From NCBI GenBank assembly GCA_051294905.1, contig CM119378.1, positions 2,296,001-2,360,000 on the forward strand: a stretch of DNA of 64,000 bases. The letters run 5' to 3'. Shown here in pieces: positions 1 to 12,232 of this stretch; the first letter of the stretch is position 1, and every line of letters begins with the position of its first letter. The notes beneath the pieces are model-generated. The model was not told the origin of the DNA. It did not search any database and saw nothing but the letters and a program-made list of their open reading frames with translations. Made by a program: the position numbers and the translations under genes. This stretch comes from Botryllus schlosseri (Eukaryota).

Positions 1-188
1 ATTAAAACCCATCCTACCAGGATCGACAACGCAATATGGGGTTACAATGGTAAATAGAAGCAACACGGCTTGGCTTTAGCTCAACCTGCCCGACTAAGCT
101 GCACTAAAATCCTGAGGGAGCCACAGATGACACGTCACTGCTATAGTATCTTGAAACCATCCTTTTATGCTTATTTGTAGGTCTAACC

Positions 189-633
189 TAGGCTTACCAT
201 ACGTCCTCTTTTAAGAGGATTTGTCCTCTTTTTTGACTTTTTTGAAAGTGTCCTCAGAGGACGCCCTTTTGTCCTCTTTTTTGAGATTTTGTCCTCTTTT
301 TTGAAAATTGAGGTCATATTTAGAGGAAATCGCGAGTGATATGCCGCAAATTAGCGCAGAAGTGAAGCTCCGGCGGGTATTTCGGAGGGAAAAGGGGTGA
401 TTTCAGCTCTGAGCGACAAAAAGACCTTTTTTTTTTTTAGTCATCCACCTGGCAATGTGGAGTGAAAAACGTGTTTTTGAGCTCTGAGCGGAAGTGATGA
501 CCTTTTTTTTTTAGTCATCCGATCATGATGCGGGTGAAATTTACCTGTTTTTGAGAATTCTTCTCCAGTTTTGCTTGTCTGAAATTTCTGAAAAAGTGTC
601 CTCTTTTTTCATTTCCGAAATATGGTAAGCCTA
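189..633. mobile_element. hAT-type MITE (TAGGCTTACCATA / TAGGGTTACCA family)
   Basis: 13-bp TIR TAGGCTTACCATA...TATGGTAAGCCTA flanked by a perfect 8-bp TSD GTCTAACC (181-188, 634-641). Internal GTCCTC motifs are shared with copies at 3468-4106, 29251-29557 and ~51053-51330. Confidence 0.9.
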
Positions 634-893
634 GTCTAACCCCAATTTCATTCATTTCGCTCGCTATGTTAGCCGTTGGGGGAGGGTGGTATATAGGCTA
701 TTTTACGCGATATCACAAGGAGCATTGTACTTGGCGCACGTGACTTTTCGCGATTTCATCAGGGTTGTAAGTTGTAAGTAAGGTAACCAAGTCGCAAGGT
801 CCCGAGTCACAAGTCAATTCCACTTTTATAGCTTTGACTCGAGTCAAATCCAAGTCATTTGGGATGTTGATGACTAAAATATCAGTTCCGATC

Positions 894-1100
894 CAGTGGT
901 GTAGCTGAGGGCGCCTGCTACCCGGGCGGCCCGCGTTCGATTCCGCGTCGGAGGTTTATCTGGTCCTCTCCCCCGCGTCGCTGTTCTTACGGCGACAAAA
1001 AAAGACCGGAAAATACCTGATGAAAGAACGCACTCACAAGGAATAGAAATATCAAGAAAGAGCCGCGGAATTTAGATCAATATCGAAACAGAACTGTAGG
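894..1100 (+). mobile_element. tRNA-derived SINE, family A
   Basis: A-box-like TGGTGTAGCTGAG and B-box GTTCGATTCC, followed by a non-tRNA body containing the hairpin GTCGCTGTTCTTACGGCGAC. A second diverged copy lies on the minus strand at ~50130-50305. Confidence 0.75.
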
Positions 1101-1338
1101 CTAGCGACATCGATCGGTCACTATAGGTCGAGAAGGATGCCAGTTTAAGAGACCACAATGTGTCGTTCGGCATCCTCATATCTGTTCATTATATCGCATT
1201 GTGTCTTATCGGATCGTACATTGTGTGTGTCCTCATCAGATGAAAATATATTCTGACGATAATTGAATGAATATTTGTTATGCGCGGGAACCCTTGCGGA
1301 TCGCATCCCTGCAAAATGTATTGTATTCTGATTGCGAT

Positions 1339-1826
1339 TAGGGCTGGGCAAAATCGAGTACCTGAGTGATTCGATTCTGAATCACGTAATATGCTTCGAG
1401 TCGAGTCGAGTATCACTCATTATGACGTCATCAATGGATGTGATATGTCGAAGTCCAAATATGAACCTTTTATGCCACCACAAAGAACGTAATGCATGTT
1501 ATCCATCACAATAAAGATGCTTTGGTATTTTTTCGACCATACCGATTTCATTGCACTTCTTAACAATTTTGTTGAATGATGCTAACTTCGGAAATGTGTT
1601 ATTTCCAGTAACGTTCGTAGTTTTAAACTGTGCCTGGTATGCTGAAACACGGCCAATCAAGGTTTCACGGCTTCCTCAGTGGAAAATAGTATCAAAACTA
1701 TGATTCTCGTCAGTAAATTAACTTTCAGTTGCGATGACCGTATAATTTCAGTACTCGAAAAAATCGCCTTCAACTACTCGACTCGAATCATTAAAATTAC
1801 TACTCGAATCATTTTGCCCAGCCCTA
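1339..1826. mobile_element. hAT-type MITE
   Basis: 16-bp TIR TAGGGCTGGGCAAAAT...ATTTTGCCCAGCCCTA with a perfect 8-bp TSD ATTGCGAT (1331-1338, 1827-1834). Confidence 0.9.
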
Positions 1827-3467
1827 ATTGCGATACATGTCCATGTCCAATAAAACTCTGCTTGTACCACCATATATAAATATCAACAAGCTTTGTTACC
1901 CTTGCCACAATTTGTACGCAATGTAGGCCTATACTTAACTTCGAAACAAAATAATTCCGGAAGTCTTGAACCGCTGCTCTGCTACGAGGTGTATTTAGGC
2001 AAATTGGTTAAAAATAGACCTCCTTCATAACTACGATACCTGATGTGGTGTACTGATTGAGCCTTAGCCCATCAAGCCACATGAAGTTCGCTCCGCTACC
2101 AACCGATAAAAGAAGCTTGACAGTGATCCTACCACGCATTCCTGTTATAACAACATGAACTATTTCCGTTTAGATGTACATCCGCCTTCAAATATAGTAT
2201 GGTAACAATGTCAGAAGATGTTCTGGGATTACTAACAACAGCACTAGCCAGCCAACAAGATTACTGGATCTCGATCTGACATAATAACCTCGTCTATCGA
2301 CGCACGACTCATTCATTTTCATCACTAGTCGTTTTATGTTATCACTTTATTTCCATCCTGTGTAGATGTCACTTACTCTTATTTACATCGCCTAGGCCCG
2401 GGTGCCTGTCCGATTTCAAAAATGACTCCTAGACGTTTCGATACCTTCTCTTTTCATTGTATCGCAGTCTTGTGGTGTTTTGAAATAATTATTTGATCAG
2501 GGTTATCTAGTACTTGATATCCCTGGAATTGATTAATAAACTGATACTAAACATGCCTCCCAAGATTTACCTAGAGCATAATTACAAACCGTTGTGTACT
2601 AGTTGTGATCGGACTTCGGTTAAAAAGGATCCTTCCCGCCTCGATATTTCAAGATTCGAAAGGTTCCTACAAATTTGGAATAAGCGATTTGATTTTCGAC
2701 AAGCAGACGGGAATCCGGTCGAAAACGATCGTGATTTCGATTATATCATTGATTTTTATTGCAACTGACCAGAAAGAGACGATCGCGGAAAAAATGGTAC
2801 ATACACAGTACTTCAAATGAAGAGCTTTTTGGAGGAACAGAACATTGTATATCAACAATATTATCACAAAATATGACGTCAACAGCTGACGATTACCCCT
2901 GAGTGTCAGCCGAAAATATCCGGGTTCATTTCAATATGAATATACTAATCAATTGTACTTCAAATGATTGGCAACGGGCTGACAGATAAGAGGAAAATAC
3001 ACGATGCACAAATATTCCACAGCACACAAGCATACAAGATGCATAGCAATGAGAAGCAGTCATTGGTCAATAGTCATGGCGTCATATCATAATTGAAACA
3101 AAAATACAGTCTTCTGTAGTGCGAAAACATAATCCTTTTCTACCACAGTTGAGACTGAAACATGTTAAAGCAAGGTATAACTCAAAAATTGAAGCAAAGG
3201 CACGGGTTACACACAGATCACAGCAGATTATAATTTGTATTGTCAATAATATTCACAAATTCTGTTGTTGCATGCCGAGGCGGTCATTGAAGCACCCGAT
3301 TGGAGCTAGAAATGATGTGAATTTCTATTCAATCACACAAGCATTCTAAATGTAAAAAACACCCAAGTTAGAGAACGGAAAGTTTCAAAAGTAGCCTCCG
3401 AGTTAGCAAGAGTGGATTGAGATCAGGCCTGGTTGACATTCATCAGCCCATTACAGGTGGCACTAAC

Positions 3468-4106
3468 TAGGGTTGTCATATTTTGAGAACCTAAAAAAGG
3501 ACACTTTTCAAAAGTTCCAAAAGCTATAATACCGGAGGAGAAAACGGGTTATCTGGAAATTATTTCGAGTAATAGTATTGGGTTGACAAAAAAAGGTATT
3601 TTTCATTTCTTTTTAGCCAACGTTGCTGTTCAGCACGTCGAAGTTCAATTTTTGCAAGTGTTTCACCACTTTTTCTAGAAGGACGAATTCCGAAAAAAAA
3701 GGATATTTTGGTGTCCTCCGAGGACACTTTCGGTTTCTTGGATAAACAGAACAAATCCTCTTAAAAGAGGACATATAGTAACCATAGTATAGGGTTACCA
3801 CATTTTTAAAATCAGAAAAGGGGACATTTTATCAAAATTTTCAGACTTACGATACTGGAGTAAAATCCGGAAAAATGGTTAATTTTTGCCAACTTTGTGG
3901 CTGGTTGACTAAAAAAAAGTCGACTTTCCGGCTCAGCTCCCGAAGTGGCTGCTGGAGCGTGTTACTTCAGTGCTGTATCTCAGTCGAATTTTACTCTATA
4001 TTCAAGCAAAATTCTCAAAAAATAGTGGGACATTTGGGACTCCTCCTAGGACTCTTTCAGATAAGTCAAAAAAGAGGACAAATCCTCTCATGGTATGGTA
4101 ACCCTA
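3468..4106. mobile_element. Two abutting hAT MITEs of the TAGGGTTACCA family; the second (3790-4106) inserted into the end of the first
   Basis: The second copy has TIRs TAGGGTTACCA...TGGTAACCCTA and TSD CCATAGTA (3782-3789, 4107-4114), which overlaps the degenerate right TIR of the first copy. Confidence 0.8.
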
Positions 4107-4342
4107 CCATAGTACTAAAGAAATATCAAGATGGATCTTAGAACCACATGCTCGATGAGCAATGGTGCCATAAATAGGCACGATTTCAACTCTATTCTGT
4201 AGAAATGATAGAGATCCATATGGCTGGGCCGTCACGATCACTCCAAAAACCTACTTCCTATTCTAGGCTACTGTTGTAAAGCAGTGGAAAGTAAGCAGTT
4301 TCGCACAACTGCTGAGTAGAAGTACCCTTAAAACAGCAGATA

Positions 4343-6915
4343 GAGTAACTCCATGTCGAGTTCACCAGAAAAACGGAAAAATGTAACCAATTTTTCAGTT
4401 TTTCATGAAAATTGGCACGCATAGAAAACTTCATTTTCTGATTTCAGAAGAACAAATTTCATCAAAATCGGTCAACTAGAATTGAAGATATGGCCGTTCA
4501 AAAATTGCTGTTTTTGTAATCGCTCAAGCGGAAAAAATGTATAAAATTTATAGATGTAATTTGAATTTGCCATATTTACGTCAAATTAAGGGTGTTGCAG
4601 GTGATAATTTCATACTTGGCCATTCACATCCTACTTCATTCTCTTACCCGTTGCTCGACACCTGAGGTTGCATAGCTTGACCTGTGACCCCATGATTTTG
4701 TTCGCACTTTCAGAAATCACTCACGCGTGACGGAATTTTCAATTTCAAATATCTCTTGCTGACCAGGTGGTATCACCAAGTGTGAGGTGTCGTTGGAAAG
4801 CTCTTGTAAAGGACTTTTGAAATAAACAATAATATTAGTGGGGAATTAATCGAAACATTTAAAAAATTCGTTGTGAAACAGTCTTGAAAAAATTGTTGAG
4901 TTTTTGAAAATTGTTGCAATTTTACTTAACATAACAGGTGTCAGTCTTATATTTGTAGCATGAATATTCGTAAAATAAGTTCTGTTTTGGAAGCTGGTTG
5001 TCACAAAAAGTTTTTACATTACCAAAAGCAGAAATCATCAATAATTCAAAATGTATTATTATTATATTAATTAAAAATGAGACAAGACAAAAAATTCAAA
5101 AATAAATCTCAACTGTAAAGCAAAGTTGTCAGGGTATTTCAAGTTGAATTAGTAGAGCCAGATAAACTGAAAAATAGAAATGAATCAGGTTTGGAAAAAA
5201 GAAGTACTGTAACTCAAAAAACAAGATCTCCAAAAATTCGAGTCCTAACAATGGCTCCAGTAACATTGGTGAAGAAAAAAAAATTTTGAGTAAGTGAAAG
5301 GATGGTGAGAGATGCCAAAGAGTTGGGAAAAAGACAACGGATATTCTTTGCCACCACCACGAAAAGTAGGAAAGAATTCAAAAGGTTGTAAGTTTTTTTT
5401 AAAACAACGAATGTAGCAGGATGATGATAGGAATGAAAGACCGAGTTGGCATTAAAAAGAATGTGTATCAAGAAAAACATCAACTTTTATGTACTCTGAA
5501 AGAATTAAAGGCCCTGTTTAAACAGCGATACCCTGATTAAAATATTGGACTAGCTCTCAATTAGGACCAAAATGGTGAGTTAGTGCAGAAGCATCTAGGA
5601 CACATCCAGTATTCTGATATCTGCTTCAAAGTATTGTGTATTCAACTCAAACTGTGCAGCAAAATTCCCTTACGTTCTTAAAAATCTTTTTAAAATTATT
5701 GTCAACACATTCTGTGTGAGCAATTATCTGTTTGAATTATACCGATTACCCTCCATACAAAGTAATTGACAGATAGAATAAAAGTGAAATTAGGTATTCT
5801 ACAGAGTTTGTTTTATGAGTGTAAGATGAGAATTTAGATTGAAACATGTTATATGCATGTTAGTTCCTAGTTTCTTCTGAACGTTACTTTCCTTTTCGTG
5901 GTGCTGGCAAAGAACAAACTTCATTGTCTTTTTCTTGCTCTTTGGCATCTCTCACCAACCTTTCATTTGCTCAAAAATTTTGAGATTTGCTGGAGCCATT
6001 GTTAGGACTAAAACGATTTGAGCTCTTGATGAATTTGGATTATTGATTTTTCTTTATATATTATATTTTCGAAAGTTGCTTCATTACAATTTTTCACTTT
6101 ATTTGTCTCCCATCTCCACTAATTCTGGCATCTCATCACCTTGAAAACCTTGACAAGCTTTGCTTTAACATTGAGATTAAATTTTTCTTTTGACATATCC
6201 AATTTTCAATTGATAAAATATGATCTATTTTTAATTTTTGTTTTTGGTAGTGGAAAACCTTTTTGTGAGAACCAGCTTCGAAAACGGAACCTATACTAGA
6301 AATACAAGACTTAATCAATAGGCTTGCAGCCTGTTATGAATGTATAATAGTAAAAATTTTCAAAAAAGTGACAACTTTTTAAAGACTGTTTTACAACAAA
6401 TTTTTGGATTGTTTCGATTAATTCCCCACTAGTATTATTGTTGATTTCAAAAGTCCTTTACAAGAGCTTTCCAACGACACCTCAAACTTGGTGTTACCAC
6501 CTGGTCAGCAAGAGATATTTGCAATTGAAAATGCCGTCACGTGTGAGTGATTTCTGAAAGTGCGAACAAAATCACGGGGTCACAGGTCAAGCTATGCAAC
6601 CTCAGGTGTCGAGCAAGCGGTATAAGTATGAAGTAGGGTGTGAATGACCAAGTTTGAAAGTATCACCCTCAACACCCGTAATTTGACCAAAATATGGCAA
6701 ATTTAAATGACATGTCTAAATTTTTAGCATTTTTTCCGCTTGAGCGATTACAAAAACAGCAATTTTTGGAGGGTCATATCTTCTATTCTATTTGACCGAT
6801 TTTGATAATATCTACTTTTCTCAAATCAGAAAATAAAGTTCTGTAAGCATACCAATTTTCATAAAATTCCGAGGTAGTGGTTACAGTGGCCAGGAGAACT
6901 GACACGGATTGACTC
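4343..6915. mobile_element. Non-autonomous foldback DNA transposon with ~1-kb inverted arms (Sola2-like)
   Basis: 4343-~5375 is the diverged reverse complement of ~5885-6915. Termini are GAG...CTC with a 4-bp TSD GATA (4339-4342, 6916-6919). No ORF. It interrupts an older MITE that ends ...CTTTGACCTCCTCTG at ~7359. Confidence 0.8.
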
Positions 6916-7404
6916 GATACTCAACCTACTCAAGTAACCCAAATTGCACAGAACTACTTCAATCTTGACCACTTCTGTTTGTAGGACAGAAGTAATCCTC
7001 TAGTGTCATAATATGTCATGTTTGATTACCGCACTCCACCGATACTGAAGTCTTTTGATATAACACAGATAAGATAAGACAGATTGGTAGAATGTAGTGA
7101 TATATGATCACTGATCAAAGGTGGTCAGGTCAGTAACAAAGTCCCTTTACTTTTTCAGAGAATTCAAGTAGTTTTGTCAACTTCCATCACTTACTCTATG
7201 GTTAATGTTACCCGAGTACTTTTGAAATCATTCATGCTCTACTTCTACACTAAGTAGTTTTAGCGCGTCCTTTTGAAATAGCTACTTCCACTTATACTCA
7301 AGCATAAATACACATTCACACTACTCAAGTACCAATGCTGACAACTTTGACCTCCTCTGGATGCGATATCATTCACCAAAATTGAAACATCGAAGTCCTG
7401 TTAT

Positions 7405-10206
7405 TCAAATCGCCAGATCCTTCATGGCGTCCATCACTGTCTCCATTTCACATTTTCTGACGTCGGGCGACTGATACGCGATACCCCGGTACGCTTTCTC
7501 CGCGATGCAGTATTCCAGAAACGTCCTCCAGTAATAATCTAACGCCAGTATATTCGGATTGCCGATGACGATCAGCAACATCCTGGCGCGCGTTACGGCC
7601 ACGTTGAAACGTTTCGGGTCGCTTAAAAACCCGAGATTATGATTGATATCGAACGACAAGTAATCAAGACTGCTGCGCACCGTGCTGATTATCACAACGT
7701 CTCGCTCTTGTCCTTGAAATTCTTCCACAGTACCGACTTTTATATCTCTCCCTTGGACACATTGCCTGATTTTTTCCACCTGTTTCCGATAAGGCGTGAT
7801 GATCCCGATGCTTCTTCCCGAGAATCCCAACTTGATGGTCTTTTCCACGTACTGAATCAAAACCGACACTTCGTTCGCATTAAAAAACGAAGGGCTATTG
7901 CTCTCTCTTGAATCCACGCCTCCCACGCCTTCGAAAACGACAGGAAAACCCAATCGGGGCAAGTGCGACCACTTGCAGACTAGCTCCATGCTCGCGCACA
8001 TGCTCACAGAGTATAGCAGCTCGTTGTCGTAAAAGCATTCGTTCGAAACTTTCAAGATCGCTTCATGAGAACGATAGTTTTTCAAAAGTTTCGTGATGTA
8101 ACAGCTGTTATAATTTGCTGTCTTTGAATCACGATGGTAGATTTTAAAATCGGCCATCAACCTTTCTAAATACGACACTCCCAAGCCGTAACGTTTAGCG
8201 ATTGCCGATGACACGACAGGTCCCAGCTGCATTGGGTCGCCGGCTAACACGAGTTGACCGGTTTTAGACAGAATTCCAGAGATAGCCGTCATGCATTCAG
8301 GTTCAGTGGCCTGACCTGCTTCGTCTATGAAAACGTGGGTGAAAAAGTCTTTTTGAAATCCGGCCGACGCGATTCGGCCTGCCGTGACCAGCGTGCAGAT
8401 CACGATTTCATAATTTTCAAAGTCTTTTTGCGGAGGAAAATAGAAATCTCCTTCCCGATAATTCGAAACGCTCCGTATCTCATCCGGTACGTCTTTCCAC
8501 ATCCGAGAAGCTGCGTGCATTCGAAAGATACTATCACTGCGTTGATATTGGAGCAACAGTTTAGTCAAATGGTCACACGCGCTGTTCGATGGAGCACACA
8601 CTAAAATAGCGCATCCCTCGTACTTGGCGATAACTTGACAAATACCTTCCACTAAAGTCACAGTTTTCCCTGTTCCGGGCGGACCAAAGACAATGTACGG
8701 CACAGGTTCTGTTTTGCCTTGCACTATATTGACAACGGCTTGTCTCTGCTCAGGATTAGCGTGCACCAATTTATTTTTGAATTCGTTCTTTTTTATGCTG
8801 ATATCGTGATACAGCGTCGGGCATTTTGTCGGGAATATCACTTGTGTTGAAACCTGTAAATCAACAGCTCTGTGATAAACGCGAATCGGAAGACGGTTAA
8901 ACGTGAAACGTACGTCGTATTTGTCAAACGCGGTAGCTTTGTTCAAGAGTTTTTGCGAAAATCCAACCCCGATTTGATCGAGCTCGACTACATGGACAAA
9001 TCCTTCGAATTCATCAAAGGACTCTAAATCATTACTACTATGGCAGGTGACGAGTATACGATCACCACGCAACACCGACGGCCGCCGTTCAGCAAGACCA
9101 TCCACTTTGAGGTACATAAGCCGACCACGTTTTGTGAAAGATACGCCTGTCATACTGTACCGTAGAATATCATAGTTTCCCTGCATTTCCTCCAACTGCA
9201 AAAGAAAGTGAAACTTTTTGGCGTAACTATTCAAAGACAGTTGGCTTTCCGCAAGTTTTCGCAATTGTTTGTGACCATCGCCGGAATATTCCTCAGAGAA
9301 AGCGCCAGCTATCAGCGCATTCTTTATGTTATCTGCGACGGGATATTCGTGAAGCTTGATTTTCTTCTTAAGACGGTCCGTACCCGAACGCGGTGGTCTA
9401 ACCCCTCCGATTAAATTCCTACGGCGCACTCGTGTCACCACAGGCGGAGGCTTTGGTTTAGGCTGTGCGTCTTTGACAAACTGTTCTTTGTCAAAGATGA
9501 CTGTGTACCGATAAACGGTGGTTGTACCAGATTCGCCAGTTTTGAACCCCAAAATTAGATCAGTCAGGGAAATATTCGTTTCATGAACATCTGATTTGCA
9601 GGTTATTCGATACATGCATTCGTCACCCTTCTGCAATGTCGCAGATCCAGAAACGCGGCTCATACTCAAGTTACCATACGACATGAGTTGACAGTTGAGA
9701 ATTCTTACTTGCGACGCATTTACATTTTTCATTTTAATGGTCATACTAGTTGACGTGTGGTGTTGATCATCAATAGCTCGGAAAAAGTATTTCTGCTTTC
9801 CAGATTCCGAGGCTGTCGTTGGCGGAACCGGAGTTACTTCCAAACTTGATGTTTGACCCTGAGTATTATCCGACATGGTTGCGCTTTTCTTTTGTGAGCG
9901 CACATGCAATAGACGTTCTGCTCCTGAAGAATCAACCAGTGCCTCAGCATCATACACAGAACGACCTGACTTGAACCGCACCATACCATCTTTCCTCATT
10001 ATGACAATGCCACTTCTCTTCAGGAAGTACAGCAACGTCGAGTACTTTGGTGTATTCGATCCATCTTCCCGCCGAGAGTTTTTAAAATCGGCATAAATGT
10101 GAGTTTTCACATGTACACCTTCCTGGTCGACATCGAGACAAGATGTTGTTTGCAAATAGTTATAAAACGCCCGAGAGGCAGTCAATGCTCGCGAATATTC
10201 ACTCAT
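7405..10206 (-). CDS. MOV10: MOV10-like SF1 (UPF1-family) RNA helicase, ~933 aa, single coding exon
   Basis: Motifs GPPGTGKT, FIDEAGQ, LAGDPMQLGP, NYRSH, GTVEEFQGQE and RFNVAVTRA, plus the MOV10-typical LLQLEE and VDGLAERRPSVLRGD blocks and a MOV10-like N-terminus. An in-frame TGA lies at 10231-10233, so the first usable ATG is 10206; the ORF-track start is a TTG. Confidence 0.93.
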   Translation of the reverse strand: MSEYSRALTASRAFYNYLQTTSCLDVDQEGVHVKTHIYADFKNSRREDGSNTPKYSTLLYFLKRSGIVIMRKDGMVRFKSGRSVYDAEALVDSSGAERLLHVRSQKKSATMSDNTQGQTSSLEVTPVPPTTASESGKQKYFFRAIDDQHHTSTSMTIKMKNVNASQVRILNCQLMSYGNLSMSRVSGSATLQKGDECMYRITCKSDVHETNISLTDLILGFKTGESGTTTVYRYTVIFDKEQFVKDAQPKPKPPPVVTRVRRRNLIGGVRPPRSGTDRLKKKIKLHEYPVADNIKNALIAGAFSEEYSGDGHKQLRKLAESQLSLNSYAKKFHFLLQLEEMQGNYDILRYSMTGVSFTKRGRLMYLKVDGLAERRPSVLRGDRILVTCHSSNDLESFDEFEGFVHVVELDQIGVGFSQKLLNKATAFDKYDVRFTFNRLPIRVYHRAVDLQVSTQVIFPTKCPTLYHDISIKKNEFKNKLVHANPEQRQAVVNIVQGKTEPVPYIVFGPPGTGKTVTLVEGICQVIAKYEGCAILVCAPSNSACDHLTKLLLQYQRSDSIFRMHAASRMWKDVPDEIRSVSNYREGDFYFPPQKDFENYEIVICTLVTAGRIASAGFQKDFFTHVFIDEAGQATEPECMTAISGILSKTGQLVLAGDPMQLGPVVSSAIAKRYGLGVSYLERLMADFKIYHRDSKTANYNSCYITKLLKNYRSHEAILKVSNECFYDNELLYSVSMCASMELVCKWSHLPRLGFPVVFEGVGGVDSRESNSPSFFNANEVSVLIQYVEKTIKLGFSGRSIGIITPYRKQVEKIRQCVQGRDIKVGTVEEFQGQERDVVIISTVRSSLDYLSFDINHNLGFLSDPKRFNVAVTRARMLLIVIGNPNILALDYYWRTFLEYCIAEKAYRGIAYQSPDVRKCEMETVMDAMKDLAI

Positions 10207-11159
10207 AACGTTCAACAACTTGCAAATCCTTCACGAAGCTTCTTTACTAACCGTCCAAGAGATGTTCACTGTCAATATGGGTTTCAACTTGTCACAACAT
10301 GATAGTGAGTAACCATACCTAAATAAAAGTAAAGACACCATAAGGTTCATATACAACACAGAAAAATGTGTTTGCTGCAGCCACACAGATTAATGCGATT
10401 TAGTGTCTGATGAGGTATGATCGCAATACCAATGAACCAACTGGCTAAGTTTATCCAAATAAGCTGAACCAAATCGCTGCTGCAAAACGCTATGACTTGA
10501 TTATTGGATCTCAGGAACAACCAACGTGTTATACCTGATCTACTAGCAATCACAACAAGTCACATCAAAACAATAGAGCAAAAAACACAGGCAATGCATG
10601 TGGATAAACTCAAGTTGCATTCTGTATCAATACATTTCAATGACATGATTGTGTTCATTGCGTGGACAATTCCGCCCGTCATATCATGATAGAAACTGTT
10701 GCACACTGGGCAAATTGAACATCATCGCTCACTAGGAATCTAAGCCAATATCAGTTGTCAGGCTGTTGTGATTGGATTGCTTTTACTGCATAAAGTGGAA
10801 AACATTAGAGCAGTGGTTCTTAAGCGCCCAAACCAATTCAAAGGGGGCTGGGACTCCGGTGAGCTCAGGATCAGTTGATTATTAATTTCATCACATCAAT
10901 ACATCACAAGATTGAGATAAATTGAAAAGATATGAAGGCGTGGTGAAATGACTTGGTGTAGTCTTTGAAATCAGAGTTTATTGTCTGTTTCAAGTCACGC
11001 ACCCATCCCACTCGCAATGTACTTACATGCAGTACCGGTAATCAAGTAATGCAGTAATCAAGTGTTGAAATTGTGACTTGAAAAAGGCTGTTTATTCATT
11101 GCTTTTAATTAAGAAATTTTATTGGGGCAAAAATTAAATAATTCTCAGCGCTTGTTGTT

Positions 11160-11300
11160 ATACTGTTATGCAGGGTTGTAATGACTCGACTCGAGTCGCG
11201 ATTTTCTGAAAATGACTCGACTCGAGTCAATCTGTGCATTGACTCGACTTGGACTCGAGACATTGCGCATGACTCGCACCAAGTCATATGACTGGAGACT
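11160..11300. repeat. Dispersed repeat rich in GACTCGAGTC motifs (MITE remnant)
   Basis: Repeated GACTCGACTCGAGTC motifs. Related segments occur at ~780-870, 41330-41445, 50820-50880 and 51350-51830. Confidence 0.6.
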
Positions 11301-12232
11301 CAGGCAGCTAAGACCGATATTTCATTGTAATTCCGAAGAACAGTAAAGTAACCACACTATTGGGATTTTGTCTATTGGTGCTGGTACATGAAAATGCGAC
11401 CAGAAACTGGCAAAAGTGAGGAAAATTAGTACATTTTAATATGCGAACCATTCGATATCACCAAACAGAGTTATAAAAAGTGGGTTTAACAAAATTTTAA
11501 CAGGAAACTGAGCAGTCTCAACATAATGACTTGGACAGTTAGTTGGAGCGCAGTGAGTTGGTGAGTGCGTGCAGACTCGTGAAAAATTAGGGGGAACATT
11601 GCTGCTAAAAGCTGTCTTTGAAAGTCGGATAAACACCTGATTATGAAAACTGGCAAACAATATTGTGACTCACTCGTCTCACTGATTAGTTCGACAACAC
11701 AATAAGCAAACGTAAGACCATTTTTCGAATGGGAAAAAAGCTCTTGATATTCCCGGTTGTGAGTTTAAGTGTGATCAGCTAATTTGCAGAACAAGTGTAG
11801 GAAGAATGTGTATTTTGATGTTTATTCCAGTGAGTCATTAGAAAATCTTTTTGTACATCAGAATATCATAATCAAACATAAGTTGGCAACCCCTGCAAGA
11901 GAAGATATCAGTTAACATAAAAGTGGCAAGCCAACAGCAAATAGTAGTCGTCATACATTACAAATCGCGTAGTTGCGCAAGTAGGAGGGTAAAGTTCAAT
12001 ACCGTTAGATGAATATTCTCGATTGCAGATACTTTCCCAGACTAACGTATGCTGCAATGCAGAGAATTACAGTGCAGAAGGTGATCAAATTAAACACAGC
12101 AAATATAGAACCCCATTCTTGAATATATAGGCTTTTATCATGTAAGAGAAGAATAAGATATTGGCAGGTTAGGAATAGTAGAAGGACGTCAGTAGCTGAT
12201 AGTGGAATATTGTACAGCATAAATTGTTGATG

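Noticed and set aside
894..960. tRNA genes here and at ~32190-32260, ~37380-37460 and ~50270-50305
   Set aside because: A/B boxes are present, but no complete cloverleaf could be built and each continues into a shared repeat body, so they are SINE heads.
2553..2876. Possible small gene (MPPKIYLEH...) whose frame stays open ~35 codons beyond a TGA at 2766-2768 (selenocysteine or readthrough?)
   Set aside because: No recognisable domain, redox motif or SECIS could be identified, so it cannot be supported without homology or RNA data.
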